A DNA stretch of 64,000 nucleotides from positions 254,386,001 to 254,450,000 of the forward strand of contig OZ024741.1 of NCBI GenBank assembly GCA_964016885.1, written 5' to 3'. The notes below the pieces were generated by a model. It ran no database searches and was not told the origin of the DNA. It saw only the letters and a program-made list of their open reading frames with translations. This stretch comes from Eledone cirrhosa (Eukaryota). A program made the translations under genes and the position numbers. Below, one piece after another: positions 31,401 through 46,400 of the stretch. Each line of letters begins with the position of its first letter. Within the stretch, counting starts at the first letter, position 1.

Positions 31401-34400
31401 AAAGCAGCAACAACTACAACAACACTGGCACTGACAGAGAAAACAGCAACAACACTGGCACTGACACAGAAAACAGCAACAACTACAACAACACTGGCAC
31501 TGACAGAGAAAACAGCAACAACTACAACAATACTGACACTGACAGAGAAAACAGCAACAACTACAACAACACTGGCACTGACACAGAAAACAGCAACAAC
31601 TACAACAACACTGGCACTGACACAGAAAACAGCAACAACTACAACAACACTGGCACTGACACAGAAAACAGCAACAACAACACTGGCACTGATAGAGTAA
31701 ACAGCAACAACAACAACACTGGCACTGACAGAGAAAACAGCAACAACAACAACACCGGCACTGACACAGAAAACAGCAACAACTACAACAACACTGGCAC
31801 TGACACAGAAAACAGCAACAACTACAACAACACTGGCACTGACAGAGAAAACAGCAACAACAACAACACTGGCACTGACACAGAAAACAGCAACAACTAC
31901 AACAACACTGGCACTGACAGAGAAAACAGCAACAACTACAACAACACTGGCACTGACAGAGAAAACAGCAACAGCAACACTGGAACTGACACAGAAAACA
32001 GCGACAGTAACAACAACTCTGGCACTGACACAGAAAACAGCAACAACAACAACACTGGCACTGACAGTGAAAATAGCAACAGCAACAACACTGGCACTGA
32101 CAGTGAAAATAGCAACAGCAACAACACTGGCACTGACAGAGAAAACAGCAACAACAACAACACCGGCACTGACACAGAAAACAGCAACAACTACAACAAC
32201 ACTGGCACGGAAAACAGCAACAACAGCAACAACAACACTGGCACTGACACAGAAAACAGCAACAACAGCAACAACACTGGCACTGACACAGAAAACAGCA
32301 ACAACAGCAACAACCGTGGCACTGACACAGAAAACAGCATCAACAGCAACAATAACACTGGCACTGGCACAGAAAACAGCAACAGCAACACTGCAACTGA
32401 CACAGAAAACAGCAACAGTAACAACAACTCTGGCACTGACACAGAAAACAGCAACAACAACAACACTGGCACTGACAATGAAAATAGCAACAGCAACAAC
32501 ACTGGCACTGACAGTGAAAATAGCAACAGCAACAACACTGGCACTGACAGAGAAAACAGAAACAACAACAACACTGGCACTGACACAGAAAACAGCAACA
32601 ACAACAACACTGGTACTGACAGAGAAAACAGCAACAACTACAACACTGGCACTGACAGAGAAAGCAACAACAACAACAACAACACTGGCACTGACAGAGA
32701 AAACAGCAACAACTACAACAACACTGGCACTGACACAGAAAACAGCAACAACTACAACAACACTGGCACTGACACAGAAAACAGCAACAACTTCAACAAC
32801 ACTGGCACTGACAGAGAAAACAGCAACAACAACAACACTGGCACTGACACAGAAAACAGCAACAACTACAACAACACTGGCACTGACAGAGAAAACAGCA
32901 ACAACTACAACAACACTGGCACTGACAGAGAAAACAGCAACAACTACAACAACACTGGCACTGACACAGAAAACAGCAACAACTACAACAACACTGGCAC
33001 TGACAGAGAAAACAGCAACAACTACAACAACACTGGCACTGACAGAGAAAACAGCAACAGCAACAACACTGGCACTGACACAGAAAACAGCAACAACAGC
33101 AACAACAACAACACTGGCACTGACACAGAAAACAGCAACAACAACAGTGGCACTGACACAGAAAACAGCAACAACTACAACAACACTGGCACTGACAGAG
33201 AAAACAGCAACAACAACAACACTGTCACTGCTACAGAAAACAGAAACAACTACAACAACACTGGCACTGACAGAGAAAGCAGCAACAACTACAACAACAC
33301 TGGCACTGACAGAGAAAACAGCAACAACACTGGCACTGACACAGAAAACAGCAACAACTACAACAACACTGGCACTGACAGAGAAAACAGCAACAACTAC
33401 AACAATACTGACACTGACAGAGAAAACAGCAACAACTACAACAACACTGGCACTGACACAGAAAACAGCAACAACTACAACAACACTGGCACTGACACAG
33501 AAAACAGCAACAACTACAACAACACTGGCACTGACACAGAAAACAGCAACAACAACACTGGCACTGATAGAGTAAACAGCAACAACAACAACACTGGCAC
33601 TGACAGAGAAAACAGCAACAACAACAACACCGGCACTGACACAGAAAACAGCAACAACTACAACAACACTGGCACTGACACAGAAAACAGCAACAACTAC
33701 AACAACACTGGCACTGACAGAGAAAACAGCAACAGCAACAACACTGGCACTGACACAGAAAACAGCAACAACAGCAACAACCGTGGCACTGACACAGAAA
33801 ACAGCAACAACAGCAACAATAACACTGGCACTGGCACAGAAAACAGCAACAGCAACACTGGAACTGACACAGAAAACAGCGACAGTAACAACAACTCTGG
33901 CACTGACACAGAAAACAGCAACAACAACAACACTGGCACTGACAGTGAAAATAGCAACAGCAACAACACTGGCACTGACAGTGAAAATAGCAACAGCAAC
34001 AACACTGGCACTGACAGAGAAAACAGCAACAACAACAACACTGGCACTGACACAGAAAACAGCAACAACAACAACACTGGTACTGACAGAGAAAACAGCA
34101 ACAACTACAACACTGGCACTGACAGAGAAAGCAGCAACAACAACAACAACACTGGCACTGACAGAGAAAACAGCAACAACTACAACAACACTGGCACTGA
34201 CACAGAAAACAACAACAACTACAACAACACTGGCACTGACAGAGAAAACAGCAACAACTACAACAACACTGGCACTGACAGAGAAAACAGCAACAACAGC
34301 AACAACACTGGCACTGACACAGAAAACAGCAACAACTACAACAACACTGGCACTGGCAGAGAAAACAGCAACAACTACAACAACACTGGCACTGACAGAG

Positions 34401-37400
34401 AAAACAGCAACAACTACAACAACACTGGCACTGACACAGAAAACAGCAACAACTACAACAACACTGGCACTGACACAGAAAACAGCAACAACTTCAACAA
34501 CACTGGCACTGACAGAGAAAACAGCAACAACAACAACACTGGCACTGACACAGAAAACAGCAACAACTACAACAACACTGGCACTGACACAGAAAACAGC
34601 AACAAGTACAACAACACTGGCACTGACAGATAAAACAGCAACAACTACAACACTGGCACTGACAGAGAAAACAGCAACAACAACAACACTGGCACTGACA
34701 GAGAAAACAGCAACAACTACAACAACACTGGCACTGACACAGAAAACAGCAACAACAACAACACTGGCACTGACACAGAAAACAGCAACAACAACAACAC
34801 TGGCACTGACAGAGTAAACAGCAACAACAACACTGGCACTGACAGAGAAAACAGCAACAACAACAACACTGGCACTGACACAGAAAACAGCAACAACAAC
34901 AGTGGCACTGACACAGAAAACAGCAACAACTACAACAACACTGGCACTGACAGAGAAAACAGCAACAACAACAACACTGGCACTGATACAGAAAACAGAA
35001 ACAACTACAACAACACTGGCACTGACAGAGAAAGCAGCAACAACTACAACAAAACTGGCACTGACAGAGAAAACAGCAACAGCAACAACACTGGCACTGA
35101 CACAGAAAACAGCAACAACTACAACAACACTGGCACTGACACAGAAAACAGCAACAACAACACTGGCACTGATAGAGAAAACAGCAACAACAACAACACT
35201 GGCACTGACAGAGAAAACAGCAACAACAACAACACCGGCACTGACACAAAAAACAGCAACAACTACAACAACACTGGCACGGAAAACAGCAACAACAGCA
35301 ACAACAACACTGGCACTGACACAGAAAACAGCAACAACAGCAACAACAACACCGGCACTGACACAGAAAACAGCAACAACAACAACACTGGCACTGACAG
35401 AGAAAACAGCAACAACAACACTGGCACTGACAGAGAAAACAGCAACAACAACACTGGCACTGACAGAGAAAACAGCAACAACAACACTGGTACTGACAGA
35501 GAAAACAGCAACAACTACAACACTGGCACTGACAGAGAAAGCAGCAACAACAACAACAACACTGGCACTGACAGAGAAAACAGCAACAACTACAACAACA
35601 CTGGCACTGACACAGAAAACAGCAACAACTACAACAACACTGGCACTGACACAGAAAACAGCAACAACTTCAACAACACTGGCACTGACAGAGAAAACAG
35701 CAACAACAACAACACTGGCACTGACACAGAAAACAGCAACAACTACAACAACACTGGCACTGACAGAGAAAACAGCAACAACTACAACAACACTGGCACT
35801 GACAGAGAAAACAGCAACAACTACAACAACACTGGCACTGACACAGAAAACAGCAACAACTACAACAACACTGGCACTGACAGAGAAAACAGCAACAACT
35901 ACAACAACACTGGCACTGACAGAGAAAACAGCAACAGCAACAACACTGGCACTGACACAGAAAACAGCAACAACAGCAACAACAACAACACTGGCACTGA
36001 CACAGAAAACAGCAACAACAACAGTGGCACTGACACAGAAAACAGCAACAACTACAACAACACTGGCACTGACAGAGAAAACAGCAACAACAACAACACT
36101 GTCACTGATACAGAAAACAGAAACAACTACAACAACACTGGCACTGACAGAGAAAGCAGCAACAACTACAACAACACTGGCACTGACAGAGAAAACAGCA
36201 ACAACACTGGCACTGACACAGAAAACAGCAACAACACTGGCACTGACACAGAAAACAGCAACAACTACAACAACACTGGCACTGACAGAGAAAACAGCAA
36301 CAACTACAACAATACTGACACTGACAGAGAAAACAGCAACAACTACAACAACACTGGCACTGACACAGAAAACAGCAACAACTACAACAACACTGGCACT
36401 GACACAGAAAACAGCAACAACTACAACAACACTGGCACTGACACAGAAAACAGCAACAACAACAACACTGGCACTGATAGAGTAAACAGCAACAACAACA
36501 ACACTGGCACTGACAGAGAAAACAGCAACAACAACAACACCGGCACTGACACAGAAAACAGCAACAACTACAACAACACTGGCACGGAAAACAGCAACAA
36601 CAGCAACAACAACACTGGCACTGACACAGAAAACAGCAACAACAGCAACAACACTGGCACTGACACAGAAAACAGCAACAACAGCAACAACCGTGGCACT
36701 GACACAGAAAACAGCAACAACAGCAACAATAACACTGGCACTGGCACAGAAAACAGCAACAGCAACACTGGAACTGACACAGAAAACAGCAACAGTAACA
36801 ACAACTCTGGCACTGACACAGAAAACAGCAACAACAACAACACTGGCACTGACAGTGAAAATAGCAACAGCAACAACACTGGCACTGACAGTGAAAATAG
36901 CAACAGCAACAACACTGGCACTGACAGTGAAAATAGCAACAGCAACAACACTGGCACTGACAGAGAAAACAGCAACAACAACAACACTGGCACTGACACA
37001 GAAAACAGCAACAACAACAACACTGGTACTGACAGAGAAAACAGCAACAACTATAACACTGGCACTGACAGAGAAAGCAGCAACAACAACAACAACACTG
37101 GCACTGACAGAGAAAACAGCAACAACTACAACAACACTGGCACTGACACAGAAAACAACAACAACTACAACAACACTGGCACTGACAGAGAAAACAGCAA
37201 CAACTACAACAACACTGGCACTGACAGAGAAAACAGCAACAACAGCAACAACACTGGCACTGACACAGAAAACAGCAACAACTACAACAACACTGGCACT
37301 GGCAGAGAAAACAGCAACAACTACAACAACACTGGCACTGACAGAGAAAACAGCAACAACTACAACAACACTGGCACTGACACAGAAAACAGCAACAACT

Positions 37401-40400
37401 ACAACAACACTGGCACTGACACAGAAAACAGCAACAACTTCAACAACACTGGCACTGACAGAGAAAACAGCAACAACAACAACACTGGCACTGACACAGA
37501 AAACAGCAACAACTACAACAACACTGGCACTGACAGAGAAAACAGCAACAACTACAACAACACTGGCACTGACAGAGAAAACAGCAACAACTACAACAAC
37601 ACTGGCACTGACACAGAAAACAGCAACAACTACAACAACACTGGCACTGACACAGAAAACAGCAACAACAACAACAACACTGGCACTGACACAGAAAACA
37701 GCAACAACAACAACACTGGCACTGACACAGAAAACAGCAACAAGTACAACAACACTGGCACTGACAGAGAAAACAGCAACAACTACAACACTGGCACTGA
37801 CAGAGAAAACAGCAACAACAACAACACTGGCACTGACAGAGAAAACAGCAACAACTACAACAACACTGGCACTGACACAGAAAACAGCAACAACAACAAC
37901 ACTGGAACTGACACAGAAAACAGCAACAGCAATAACAACAACAACACTGGCACTGACAGAGAAAACAGCAACAACTACAACACTGGCACTGACAGAGAAA
38001 ACACAACAACAACAACAACACTGGCACTGACAGAGAAAACAGCAACAACTACAACAACACTGGCACTGACACAGAAAACAGCAACAACTACAACAAAACT
38101 GGCACTGACAGAGAAAACAGCAACAACTACAACAACACTGGCACTGACAGAGAAAACAGCAACAACAACAACACTGGCACTGACAGAGAAAACAGCAACA
38201 ACTACAACAACACTGGCACTGACACAGAAAACAGCAACAACTACAACAACACTGGCACTGACAGAGAAAACAGCAACAACAACAACACTGGCACTGACAC
38301 AGAAAACAGCAACAACTACAACAACACTGGCACTGACGCAGAAAACAGCAACAACACTGGCACTGACAGAGAAAACAGCAACAACTACAACGACACTGGC
38401 ACTGACAGAGAAAACAGCAACAACAACAACACTGGCACTGACACAGAAAACAGCAACAACTACAACAACACTGACACTGACAGAGAAAACAGCAACAACT
38501 ACAACAACACTGGCACTGACAGAGAAAACAGCAACAGCAACAACACTGGCACTGACACAGAAAACAGCAACAACAGCAACAACAACACTGGCACTGACAC
38601 AGAAAACAGCAACCACAACAACACTGGCACTGACAGAGTAAACAGCAACAACAACACTGGCACTGACAGAGAAAACAGCAACAACAACAACACTGGCACT
38701 GACACAGAAAACAGCAACAACAACAGTGGCACTGACACAGAAAACAGCAACAACTACAACAACACTGGCACTGACAGAGAAAACAGCAACAACAACAACA
38801 CTGGCACTGATACAGAAAACAGAAACAACTACAACAACACTGGCACTGACAGAGAAAGCAGCAACAACTACAACAAAACTGGCACTGACAGAGAAAACAG
38901 CAACAGCAACAACACTGGCACTGACACAGAAAACAGCAACAACTACAACAACACTGGCACTGACAGAGAAAACAGCAACAACAACACTGGCACTGATAGA
39001 GAAAACAGCAACAACAACAACACTGGCACTGACAGAGAAAACAGCAACAACAACAACACCGGCACTGACACAAAAAACAGCAACAACTACAACAACACTG
39101 GCACGGAAAACAGCAACAACAGCAACAACAACACTGGCACTGACACAGAAAACAGCAACAACAGCAACAACAACACTGGCACTGACACAGAAAACAGCAA
39201 CAACAACAACACTGGCACTGACAGAGAAAACAGCAACAACAACACTGGCACTGACAGAGAAAACTGCAACAACAACACTGGCACTGACACAGAAAACAGC
39301 AACAACAACAGTGGCACTGACACAGAAAACAGCAACAACTACAACAACACTGGCACTGACAGAGAAAACAGCAACAACAACAACACTGGCACTGATACAG
39401 AAAACAGAAACAACTACAACAACACTGGCACTGACAGAGAAAGCAGCAACAACTACAACAACACTGGCACTGACAGAGAAAACAGCAACAACACTGGCAC
39501 TGCCACAGAAAACAGCAACAACTACAACAACACTGGCACTGACACAGAAAACAGCAACAACAGCAACAACAACAACACTGGCACTGGCACAGAAAACAGC
39601 AACAACTTCAACAACACTGGCACTGACAGAGAAAACAGCAACAACAACAACACTGGCACTGATAGAGAAAACAGCAACAACAACAACACTGGCACTGACA
39701 GAGAAAACAGCAACAACAACAACACCGGCACTGACACAGAAAACAGCAACAACTACAACAACACTGGCACTGACACAGAAAACAGCAACAACTACAACAA
39801 CACTGGCATTGACAGAGAAAACAGCAACAACTACAACAACACTGGCACTGACACAGAAAACAGCAACAACTACAACAAAACTGGCACTGACAGAGAAAAC
39901 AGCAACAACTACAACAACACTGGCACTGACAGAGAAAACAGCAACAACAACAACACTGGCACTGACAGAGAAAACAGCAACAACTACAACAACACTGGCA
40001 CTGACACAGAAAAGAACAACAACTACAACAACACTGGCACTGACAGAGAAAACAGCAACAACAACAACACTGGCACTGACACAGAAAACAGCAACAACTA
40101 CAACAACACTGGCACTGACAGAGAAAACAGCAACAACTACAACAACACTGGCACTGACAGAGAAAACAGCAACAACTACAACAACACTGGCACTGACACA
40201 GAAAACAACAACAACTACAACAACACTGGCACTGACACAGAAAACAGCAACAACAACAACACTGGCACTGACACAGAAAACAGCAACAACTACAACAACA
40301 CTGGCACTGACAGAGAAAACAGCAACAACTACAACAACACTGGCACTCACAGAGAAAACAGCAACAACTACAACAACACTGGCACTGACAGAGAAAACAG

Positions 40401-43400
40401 CAACAACTACAACAACACTGGCACTGACACAGAAAACAGCAACAACTACAACAAACTGGCACTGACACAGAAAACAGCAACAACTACAACAACACTGGCA
40501 CTGACACAGAAAACAGCGACAACAACAACACTGGCACTGACAGAGAAAACAGCAACAACAACAACACTGGCACTGACAGAGAAAACAGCAACAACAACAA
40601 CACTGGCACTGACACAGAAAACAGCAACAACAACAACACTGTCACTGACACAGAAAACAGCAACAACTACAACAACACTGGCACTGACAGAGAAAACAGC
40701 AACAACTACAACAACACTGGCACTGACACAGAAAACAGCAACAACTACAACAACACTGGCACTGACAGAGAAAACAGCAACAACAACAACACTGGCACTG
40801 ACATAGAAAACAGCAACAACTACAACAACACTGGCACTGACAGAGAAAACAGCAACAACTACAACAACACTGGCACTCACAGAGAAAACAGCAACAACTA
40901 CAACAACACTGGCACTGACACAGAAAACAGCAACAACTACAACAACACTGGCACTGACACAGAAAACAGCAACAACTACAACAACACTGGCACTGACACA
41001 GAAAACAGCAACAACAACAACACTGGCACTGACAGAGAAAACAGCAACAACAACAACACTGGCACTGACAGAGAAAACAGCAACAACAACAACACCGGCA
41101 CTGACACAGAAAACAGCAACAACTACAACAACATTGGCACTGACAGAGAAAACAGCAACAACAACACTGGCACTGACAGAGAAAACAGCAACAACAACAT
41201 TGGCACTGACAGAGAAAACAGCAACAACAACAACACTGGCACTGACACAGAAAACAGCAACAACAACAGTGGCACTGACACAGAAAACAGCAACAACTAC
41301 AACAACACTGGCACTGACAGAGAAAACAGCAACAACAACAACACTGGCACTGACACAGAAAACAGCAACAACTACAACAACACTGGCACTGACAGAGAAA
41401 ACAGCAACAACTACAACAACACTGGCACTGACAGAGAAAACAGCAACAGCAACAACACTGGCACTGACACAGAAAACAGCAACAACAGCAACAACAACAC
41501 TGGCACTGACACAGAAAACAGCAACAACAGCAACAACAACACTGGCACTGACACAGAAAACAGCAACAACAACAACACTGGCACTGACAGAGAAAACAAC
41601 AACAACAACACTGCCACTGACAGAGAAAACAGCAACAACAACACTGGCACTGACACAGAAAACAGCAACAACAACAGTGGCACTGACACAGAAAACAGCA
41701 ACAACAACAACACTGGCACTGATACAGAAAACAGAAACAACTACAACAACACTGGCACTGACAGAGAAAGCAGCAACAACTACAACAACACTGGCACTGA
41801 CAGAGAAAACAGCAACAACAACAACACTGGCACTGACAGAGAAAACAGCAACAACAACAACACCGGCACTGACACAGAAAACAGCAACAACTACAACAAC
41901 ACTGGCACGGAAAACAGCAACAACAGCAACAACAACACTGGCACTGACACAGAAAACAGCAACAACAGCAACAACACTGGCACTGACACAGAAAACAGCA
42001 ACAACAGCAACAACCGTGGCACTGACACAGAAAACAGCATCAACAGCAACAATAACACTGGCACTGGCACAGAAAACAGCAACAGCAACACTGCAACTGA
42101 CACAGAAAACAGCAACAGTAACAACAACTCTGGCACTGACACAGAAAACAGCAACAACAACACTGGCACTGACAATGAAAATAGCAACAGCAACAACACT
42201 GGCACTGACAGTGAAAATAGCAACAGCAACAACACTGGCACTGACAGAGAAAACAGAAACAACAACAACACTGGCACTGACACAGAAAACAGCAACAACA
42301 ACAACACTGGTACTGACAGAGAAAACAGCAACAACTACAACACTGGCACTGACAGAGAAAGCAACAACAACAACAACAACACTGGCACTGACAGAGAAAA
42401 CAGCAACAACTACAACAACACTGGCACTGACACAGAAAACAGCAACAACTACAACAACACTGGCACTGACACAGAAAACAGCAACAACTTCAACAACACT
42501 GGCACTGACAGAGAAAACAGCAACAACAACAACACTGGCACTGACACAGAAAACAGCAACAACTACAACAACACTGGCACTGACAGAGAAAACAGCAACA
42601 ACTACAACAACACTGGCACTGACAGAGAAAACAGCAACAACTACAACAACACTGGCACTGACACAGAAAACAGCAACAACTACAACAACACTGGCACTGA
42701 CAGAGAAAACAGCAACAACTACAACAACACTGGCACTGACAGAGAAAACAGCAACAGCAACAACACTGGCACTGACACAGAAAACAGCAACAACAGCAAC
42801 AACAACAACACTGGCACTGACACAGAAAACAGCAACAACAACAGTGGCACTGACACAGAAAACAGCAACAACTACAACAACACTGGCACTGACAGAGAAA
42901 ACAGCAACAACAACAACACTGTCACTGCTACAGAAAACAGAAACAACTACAACAACACTGGCACTGACAGAGAAAGCAGCAACAACTACAACAACACTGG
43001 CACTGACAGAGAAAACAGCAACAACACTGGCACTGACACAGAAAACAGCAACAACTACAACAACACTGGCACTGACAGAGAAAACAGCAACAACTACAAC
43101 AATACTGACACTGACAGAGAAAACAGCAACAACTACAACAACACTGGCACTGACACAGAAAACAGCAACAACTACAACAACACTGGCACTGACACAGAAA
43201 ACAGCAACAACTACAACAACACTGGCACTGACACAGAAAACAGCAACAACAACACTGGCACTGATAGAGTAAACAGCAACAACAACAACACTGGCACTGA
43301 CAGAGAAAACAGCAACAACAACAACACCGGCACTGACACAGAAAACAGCAACAACTACAACAACACTGGCACTGACACAGAAAACAGCAACAACTACAAC

Positions 43401-46400
43401 AACACTGGCACTGACAGAGAAAACAGCAACAGCAACAACACTGGCACTGACACAGAAAACAGCAACAACAGCAACAACCGTGGCACTGACACAGAAAACA
43501 GCAACAACAGCAACAATAACACTGGCACTGGCACAGAAAACAGCAACAGCAACACTGGAACTGACACAGAAAACAGCGACAGTAACAACAACTCTGGCAC
43601 TGACACAGAAAACAGCAACAACAACAACACTGGCACTGACAGTGAAAATAGCAACAGCAACAACACTGGCACTGACAGTGAAAATAGCAACAGCAACAAC
43701 ACTGGCACTGACAGAGAAAACAGCAACAACAACAACACTGGCACTGACACAGAAAACAGCAACAACAACAACACTGGTACTGACAGAGAAAACAACAACA
43801 ACTACAACACTGGCACTGACAGAGAAAGCAGCAACAACAACAACAACACTGGCACTGACAGAGAAAACAGCAACAACTACAACAACACTGGCACTGACAC
43901 AGAAAACAACAACAACTACAACAACACTGGCACTGACAGAGAAAACAGCAACAACTACAACAACACTGGCACTGACAGAGAAAACAGCAACAACAGCAAC
44001 AACACTGGCACTGACACAGAAAACAGCAACAACTACAACAACACTGGCACTGGCAGAGAAAACAGCAACAACTACAACAACACTGGCACTGACAGAGAAA
44101 ACAGCAACAACTACAACAACACTGGCACTGACACAGAAAACAGCAACAACTACAACAACACTGGCACTGACACAGAAAACAGCAACAACTTCAACAACAC
44201 TGGCACTGACAGAGAAAACAGCAACAACAACAACACTGGCACTGACACAGAAAACAGCAACAACTACAACAACACTGGCACTGACACAGAAAACAGCAAC
44301 AAGTACAACAACACTGGCACTGACAGATAAAACAGCAACAACAACAACACTGGCACTGACAGAGAAAACAGCAACAACTACAACAACACTGGCACTGACA
44401 CAGAAAACAGCAACAACAACAACACTGGCACTGACACAGAAAACAGCAACAACAACAACACTGGCACTGACAGAGTAAACAGCAACAACAACACTGGCAC
44501 TGACAGAGAAAACAGCAACAACAACAACACTGGCACTGACACAGAAAACAGCAACAACAACAGTGGCACTGACACAGAAAACAGCAACAACTACAACAAC
44601 ACTGGCACTGACAGAGAAAACAGCAACAACAACAACACTGGCACTGATACAGAAAACAGAAACAACTACAACAACACTGGCACTGACAGAGAAAGCAGCA
44701 ACAACTACAACAAAACTGGCACTGACAGAGAAAACAGCAACAGCAACAACACTGGCACTGACACAGAAAACAGCAACAACTACAACAACACTGGCACTGA
44801 CACAGAAAACAGCAACAACAACACTGGCACTGATAGAGAAAACAGCAACAACAACAACACTGGCACTGACAGAGAAAACAGCAACAACAACAACACCGGC
44901 ACTGACACAAAAAACAGCAACAACTACAACAACACTGGCACGGAAAACAGCAACAACAGCAACAACAACACTGGCACTGACACAGAAAACAGCAACAACA
45001 GCAACAACAACACCGGCACTGACACAGAAAACAGCAACAACAACAACACTGGCACTGACAGAGAAAACAGCAACAACAACACTGGCACTGACAGAGAAAA
45101 CAGCAACAACAACACTGGCACTGACAGAGAAAACAGCAACAACAACACTGGTACTGACAGAGAAAACAGCAACAACTACAACACTGGCACTGACAGAGAA
45201 AGCAGCAACAACAACAACAACACTGGCACTGACAGAGAAAACAGCAACAACTACAACAACACTGGCACTGACACAGAAAACAGCAACAACTACAACAACA
45301 CTGGCACTGACACAGAAAACAGCAACAACTTCAACAACACTGGCACTGACAGAGAAAACAGCAACAACAACAACACTGGCACTGACACAGAAAACAGCAA
45401 CAACTACAACAACACTGGCACTGACAGAGAAAACAGCAACAACTACAACAACACTGGCACTGACAGAGAAAACAGCAACAACTACAACAACACTGGCACT
45501 GACACAGAAAACAGCAACAACTACAACAACACTGGCACTGACAGAGAAAACAGCAACAACTACAACAACACTGGCACTGACAGAGAAAACAGCAACAGCA
45601 ACAACACTGGCACTGACACAGAAAACAGCAACAACAGCAACAACAACAACACTGGCACTGACACAGAAAACAGCAACAACAACAGTGGCACTGACACAGA
45701 AAACAGCAACAACTACAACAACACTGGCACTGACAGAGAAAACAGCAACAACAACAACACTGTCACTGATACAGAAAACAGAAACAACTACAACAACACT
45801 GGCACTGACAGAGAAAGCAGCAACAACTACAACAACACTGGCACTGACAGAGAAAACAGCAACAACACTGGCACTGACACAGAAAACAGCAACAACTACA
45901 ACAACACTGGCACTGACAGAGAAAACAGCAACAACTACAACAATACTGACACTGACAGAGAAAACAGCAACAACTACAACAACACTGGCACTGACACAGA
46001 AAACAGCAACAACTACAACAACACTGGCACTGACACAGAAAACAGCAACAACTACAACAACACTGGCACTGACACAGAAAACAGCAACAACAACAACACT
46101 GGCACTGATAGAGTAAACAGCAACAACAACAACACTGGCACTGACAGAGAAAACAGCAACAACAACAACACCGGCACTGACACAGAAAACAGCAACAACT
46201 ACAACAACACTGGCACGGAAAACAGCAACAACAGCAACAACAACACTGGCACTGACACAGAAAACAGCAACAACAGCAACAACACTGGCACTGACACAGA
46301 AAACAGCAACAACAGCAACAACCGTGGCACTGACACAGAAAACAGCAACAACAGCAACAATAACACTGGCACTGGCACAGAAAACAGCAACAGCAACACT

